Source: Clostridia bacterium (GTDB lineage: Bacteria > Bacillota > Clostridia > Christensenellales > CAG-138). Taken from it: a stretch of DNA of 64,000 nucleotides. The notes beneath the pieces were generated by a model. That model did no database searches and was not told where the DNA came from. It saw only the letters and a list, made by a program, of their open reading frames with translations. Position 1 is the first letter of the stretch. Each line of letters begins with the position of its first letter. Location of the stretch: contig JAUNCT010000002.1 of assembly GCA_030526425.1 (NCBI GenBank), forward strand, positions 1 through 64,000, in the 5' to 3' direction. This document shows, one piece after another, positions 59,979 through 64,000 of the stretch. Made by a program: the position numbers and the translations under genes.

Positions 59979-60725
59979 ATGGCTCCGAAAGTCCTCACCG
60001 ACATTGAGCTCCGCGCCCGCGGCAACGGGCTGAAGGACGAGCCGCTCGTTCTCGAGCCCGGCACCATCCTCACGCCCGCGGCGAAGGATTACATCAAAGA
60101 GCACGGCATCCGCGTCACGGAACAGCCGGCGGCAGTGCATGCGCCCTTCCGCGAAATGCCGCGTACCGCCGTCCCCACCGAAAACGGCAAGCCCGTCTAC
60201 CGCGTCGCCGCAACGGGCGAAACGCGCAATGAAAAGGGCGAGTTCCTCACCCAGCTGAACGGCAACACGCTCGTGCCGAAAACGGATCCGCGCATCGCCT
60301 TCCGCGGGAAGCTCGACACCCTCATGGCGGAGTTCCTGCTCCTGCAGCTGACCGCGACCGAGCGCGCCCTGCCCGGGCTTGCAAACGACCTCGGCGAACT
60401 GCTGGACTTCACCCGCGCGATGCTCGCGGCGGAAGTCAACGAACAGCCCCTGCCGCCCGTGCGCCTTTTGGGCATGGACAGCGAAGGCATCCGCGCCGCT
60501 TCGCACAAGCCGGAGCGGTATTTCGGCATCCCGCACCCGGTGCCCGATGTCTCCATGGGCAGCGTTGCCCTGCGGCTGAACCTGCTCCGCACGATGGTGC
60601 GCGAGACGGAGCTCGTCTGCGCCGGCGCCTACCCCGCCCGCACGGATCTCATCGAAGGGCTCAACCGCCTTTCGAGCTGCGTGTACATCCTGTTCCTCAA
60701 ACTGCTTTCGGGCAGGTACGACTGA
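59979..60725 (+). CDS. eutT: EutT-type ATP:cob(I)alamin adenosyltransferase
   Basis: 248 aa at the conserved position in the eut locus. EutT-like sequence (family recalled from pattern). Confidence 0.75.
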   Translation: MAPKVLTDIELRARGNGLKDEPLVLEPGTILTPAAKDYIKEHGIRVTEQPAAVHAPFREMPRTAVPTENGKPVYRVAATGETRNEKGEFLTQLNGNTLVPKTDPRIAFRGKLDTLMAEFLLLQLTATERALPGLANDLGELLDFTRAMLAAEVNEQPLPPVRLLGMDSEGIRAASHKPERYFGIPHPVPDVSMGSVALRLNLLRTMVRETELVCAGAYPARTDLIEGLNRLSSCVYILFLKLLSGRYD

Positions 60726-60773
60726 CCCGTTCCGCACCCCTTCCCGGGGTCGCGGCGATCCACCGACAAGCAC

Positions 60774-61445
60774 ATGAATTACTATTCCGAAAAAGATATC
60801 CGCGATATCGTCGCGGATGTACTGCGGCAGGCGGGGCACGCCTCCGCCGCCCCCGGCGCAGCGCCACAGCAGGAGCATACCGTTCCCGTCGAAGTCTCCG
60901 CACGCCACGTGCACCTCACGCAGGAGGCCGTGGAGGCGCTGTTCGGCAAGGGCGCGGCGCTCACCAAGAAGCGCGACCTTTCCCAGCCCGGCGAGTTCCT
61001 CTCCGGCGAACGCGTGAAGCTCGTGACCCAAAAGGGCGAGTTCTCCGGCGTTGCCGTGCTCGGTCCCGTCCGCAAGGCGGTGCAGGTCGAGCTTTCCGCC
61101 ACCGATGCGCGCGCCCTCGGCGTGACCGCGCCCGTGAACCTTTCCGGCGACCTGACCGGCGCGGGCGACGTGCTGATCATCGGTCCCGCGGGCTGCATTC
61201 TGCAAAAGCAGTGCTGCATCGTCGCGAAGGCGCACATCCACATGACGCCGGAGGATGCGAAGCGCGCCGGCGTGACCGACGGACAAAGCGTCCGCGTGCG
61301 GCTGAACACCGCGCGCCCCGTCACGCTCGAAGACGTGCTCATCCGCGTGAAGCCGAACTTCTCCCTCGCGATGCACGTCGATTTCGACGAAGCGAACGCC
61401 GCCCTCGTGGCGAACGACACCACCGGAACGATTCTGTTCCGCTGA
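60774..61445 (+). CDS. pduL: Phosphate propanoyl/acetyl-transferase PduL-type (the PduL-family enzyme that occupies the eutD role in Firmicutes eut loci)
   Basis: Two PduL repeats (VEVSARHVHLT... and AHIHMTPEDAKRAGV). 223 aa. Confidence 0.8.
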   Translation: MNYYSEKDIRDIVADVLRQAGHASAAPGAAPQQEHTVPVEVSARHVHLTQEAVEALFGKGAALTKKRDLSQPGEFLSGERVKLVTQKGEFSGVAVLGPVRKAVQVELSATDARALGVTAPVNLSGDLTGAGDVLIIGPAGCILQKQCCIVAKAHIHMTPEDAKRAGVTDGQSVRVRLNTARPVTLEDVLIRVKPNFSLAMHVDFDEANAALVANDTTGTILFR

Positions 61446-61466
61446 CCCGGAAGGAAGGAAACGCCC

Positions 61467-62159
61467 ATGAACGAAAAAGAGCTTTCGGCGCTCATCGAAC
61501 AGATCGTCGCGAACGTCCTCGCGGAGAAAACGCCCTGCCCCGGCGCGGCAAGCGAAGAGGGACGGGATAAGATCCTCGTCGTCGGCGACACCGCCGCCGT
61601 GCCCGATGCGCTTTCCTGCGGGGCCGTGCTGTGCCCCCTTGCCGATTACGAGCAAAACGGCAACATCCGCCGTTACAAAAAGGTCGTGCTCGCGAAGCTG
61701 ACGCTGCTCGAACTGGCGGATCTCGCGCTCGGGCGCGCCTCCTGCCCCGCGGTGCAGGCCGCGATGGAAGCCCTGCTGAACGGCATGGAGGTCCTGCTCA
61801 TCGAAGAGGGTCTGCCGCACCGCGGTTACAGCGGCAAGGGCAGCACCCGCCTGTACGCGCTGCTCGAAGAGTATGTGCGCACCCTGCAGAGCTTCGGCGT
61901 CAAAAGCTACGCCGCGAGCCGCATCGTCACGCCGGCACCCGCGCCCCTCGCCGCGCCGAAGTTCGAGGCGCCGAAAACCGCGACGCCCACCGGCACGGGC
62001 ATCAAGAACCCCGAGCGCCTCATCACCGAGTCGCTTGCGAAAAACCTCGCCGCCGCAGCGAACGGCGGCACCGTCCACCTGATGAAGAACGCCATCGTCA
62101 CGCCGAGCGCGCTGGACCTGTTCCGCTCCCTCGGGCTGACGGTCGAAAAGGACCTGTAA
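61467..62159 (+). CDS. Hypothetical eut-locus protein with an N-terminal amphipathic (encapsulation-peptide-like) helix
   Basis: MNEKELSALIEQIVANVLAE start. Position between pduL and eutN. 230 aa. Confidence 0.55.
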   Translation: MNEKELSALIEQIVANVLAEKTPCPGAASEEGRDKILVVGDTAAVPDALSCGAVLCPLADYEQNGNIRRYKKVVLAKLTLLELADLALGRASCPAVQAAMEALLNGMEVLLIEEGLPHRGYSGKGSTRLYALLEEYVRTLQSFGVKSYAASRIVTPAPAPLAAPKFEAPKTATPTGTGIKNPERLITESLAKNLAAAANGGTVHLMKNAIVTPSALDLFRSLGLTVEKDL

Positions 62160-62171
62160 AGGAGACCCCCT

Positions 62172-62462
62172 ATGATCGTTTGCAAAGTCATCGGCCACGT
62201 CTGGGCGACCAAGAAGGACCCGAACCTCGAAGGGCTCAAGCTCATGGTCGTCCAAGAGGAGGACCCGGTTTCGAAAAAGCCGCAGACCTACGTTGCGGCG
62301 GATATCGTCGGCGCGGGCATCGGCGAGCAGGTGCTCGTCGTTTCCGGCAGCACGGCACGCAGAGCCTTCGGGCGGGATGACGTGCCCGCCGATATGGCGA
62401 TCGTCGGCATCATCGACACCATCGAGGTCGAACGCGCCGCCAAGGAAAAGTCCGCGAAATAA
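62172..62462 (+). CDS. eutN: BMC vertex (pentamer) protein EutN/CcmL family
   Basis: MIVCKVIGHVWATKK...GLKLMVV EutN_CcmL fold signature. 96 aa. Confidence 0.9.
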   Translation: MIVCKVIGHVWATKKDPNLEGLKLMVVQEEDPVSKKPQTYVAADIVGAGIGEQVLVVSGSTARRAFGRDDVPADMAIVGIIDTIEVERAAKEKSAK

Positions 62463-62511
62463 CGTTCGCCGGGCGCGCACGCCCCGGCGGTGACCACCGA
62501 AAGGCATCCTC

Positions 62512-63849
62512 ATGAATCTGACCGAACTCATTTACGAAGCCGGCATCGTCGGCTTGGGCGGCGCGGGCTTCCCCACCCACATCAAGCTGAAGGGCAGCTA
62601 CGAGACCCTCATCGTCAACGGTGCGGAATGCGAGCCCATGCTGCGCAACGACCGCTGGCTCATGCGGAACAAGGCGGCGGAGATCGTTTCCGCCACGGCG
62701 GCGATCGCAAAGGAGCTTTCCATCCCGAACGCCGTCATCTGCCTGAAGCACCACTACGAAAAGGAAACGGAAGCGCTGCGCGCCGCGATCGCCGCACAGA
62801 ACGCGCCCGTCACCCTCCACCTCATGGAAAGCTTTTACCCCGCGGGCGACGAGCAGACCATGGTGTACGAGGTCACGGGGCGCGTGGTCCCGCCGGCGGG
62901 TCTGCCGGGTGCCGTCGGCGCCGTGGTCGACAACGTTGCGACCGTGTACGCCGTTTACGAGGCGATGCAAGGCAAGCCTCTCACCGCGCGCCACCTCACC
63001 GTCACGGGCGAGGTCAAAACGCCCTCCGTCCTGTACGTGCCCATCGGCACGCCGCTGCTCCGCTGCATCGAGCTGGCGGGCGGCGCCCTGCACAAAGATT
63101 ATTACGTGCTTTCGGGCGGACCCATGATGGGCAAGCCCGTCACGAACCTTTCGACCGCCGTCGTCACGAAAACGACCTCGGGCATTCTCGTGCTGAAGAA
63201 GGATTGTTACCACGAGGGCGCGAACGCCATCCCCGTGAAGACGATGCTCAACCGCGCGCGCGCCGCGTGCATCCAGTGCTCACGCTGCACCGACCTGTGC
63301 CCGCGCCATCTGCTGGGACACCCGCTCGAGCCGCACAAGATCATGCGGAAAATGGCGGTCGCAGCGGATATCCAATCCGTACTCGACGACCCCGCCGTGC
63401 GCAACGCCGCCCTGTGCTGCGAGTGCGGCATTTGTGAGACCTTCGCCTGCCCCATGAGCCTGCAGCCCCGCCGCATCAACGCCGCCGTCAAGCAGGCGCT
63501 CGGCGCCGCGGGCATCCGTTACCAAGCGGAGCAGAAGGAGTGGCGTCCCCACCCGCAGCGCGAGCTGCGCAAGGCGCCCACGCCGAAGGTCGCCGCAAGG
63601 GTCGGCGTATATCCATACGACCGGTATGAGATCGACAACCTCGTCGAATACGAACCCGAGGAGATCCGCGTACCGCTCAAAATGCACATCGGCGCACCGT
63701 GCGTCCCCACCGTGAAAGAAGGCGACACCGTGCGCAAGGGCGACTGCATCGCCGCCCCGAAAGAAGGCGCGCTCGGCGCGAAGATCCACGCAGGCATCGC
63801 GGGGAAAGTCACCGCGATCACCGACACGATCACCATCCGGAAGAATTGA
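62512..63849 (+). CDS. pduS: PduS-like RnfC/NuoF-family Fe-S flavoprotein (cobalamin reductase-type)
   Basis: GLGGAGFPTHIKL NAD/FMN site. Two 4Fe-4S motifs (CIQCSRCTDLCP, CCECGICETFACP). 445 aa. Confidence 0.8.
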   Translation: MNLTELIYEAGIVGLGGAGFPTHIKLKGSYETLIVNGAECEPMLRNDRWLMRNKAAEIVSATAAIAKELSIPNAVICLKHHYEKETEALRAAIAAQNAPVTLHLMESFYPAGDEQTMVYEVTGRVVPPAGLPGAVGAVVDNVATVYAVYEAMQGKPLTARHLTVTGEVKTPSVLYVPIGTPLLRCIELAGGALHKDYYVLSGGPMMGKPVTNLSTAVVTKTTSGILVLKKDCYHEGANAIPVKTMLNRARAACIQCSRCTDLCPRHLLGHPLEPHKIMRKMAVAADIQSVLDDPAVRNAALCCECGICETFACPMSLQPRRINAAVKQALGAAGIRYQAEQKEWRPHPQRELRKAPTPKVAARVGVYPYDRYEIDNLVEYEPEEIRVPLKMHIGAPCVPTVKEGDTVRKGDCIAAPKEGALGAKIHAGIAGKVTAITDTITIRKN

Positions 63850-63859
63850 GGAAAACCAC

Positions 63860-64000
63860 CATGATGTCCATCGGTTTTTTGGAACTCAACAGCATCGCCA
63901 AGGGCGTTGAGGTCGCGGATATCGTTTTGAAGACCGCCGATGTTTCGATGCTGTTCGCCAAGGCGGGCTGCCCCGGCAAATACTACATCCTGTTCTGCGG
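63860..64000 (+). CDS. BMC-domain shell protein (partial, runs off window end)
   Basis: MMSIGFLELNSIAKGVEVADIVLKTADVSML resembles the start of a BMC domain. GAGGAAAA RBS. Confidence 0.55.

Overview
High-GC (about 62-65% GC) Firmicutes chromosome segment, most likely a Clostridia/Oscillospirales-type gut anaerobe; the taxon is inferred from gene content and codon style only. Genes are densely packed and almost every large antisense ORF in the six-frame track is a high-GC artefact. Content in order: (1) housekeeping and regulatory genes (ICMT-family methyltransferase, TraX, TetR, thymidine kinase, a transglutaminase-like lipoprotein, DUF2779, Rrf2, NifU, NifS, a secreted FAD flavoprotein); (2) a GntR-controlled sugar-catabolic cluster (unknown 216-aa protein, Gfo/Idh/MocA oxidoreductase, xylose-isomerase-like TIM barrel); (3) an MNT/HEPN toxin-antitoxin pair and an NCS2 nucleobase permease; (4) the most interesting region, a tightly packed four-gene minus-strand operon at 16301-22265. 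It encodes a zinc-ribbon/SPFH protein, a 4-TM protein, an AT-rich (foreign-looking) HEPN-motif protein and a 946-aa zinc-ribbon/TIR/single-TM/extracellular-domain protein with receptor-like topology. The operon is preceded by a sigma-70-like promoter whose 20-nt spacer contains a 9-G homopolymer (candidate phase-variation switch). I propose this as a candidate undescribed membrane-associated TIR/HEPN defence or signalling system. (5) Next come pyruvate kinase, a prohibitin-like SPFH protein, a GH13 amylase, LysR, brnQ, rmuC and a UvrD-family helicase. (6) A minus-strand cluster of a SecA paralog, DUF364, ResB, CcsA and a histidine phosphatase, then TatD, MetG, a methyltransferase, a DUF362 Fe-S protein, carbamate kinase, Hsp20 with a perfect CIRCE site, and a MacAB-type efflux operon. 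(7) An ethanolamine-utilisation microcompartment locus: eutQ-eutV-eutW-eutA-eutB-eutC-eutL-eutE, three tandem near-identical eutM copies, eutT, pduL, a hypothetical gene, eutN, pduS and a partial BMC gene. A roughly 450-nt ORF-free interval (15711-16166) rich in GNRA-capped hairpins and bracketed by two near-identical hairpins is flagged as a candidate structured RNA or miniature element.
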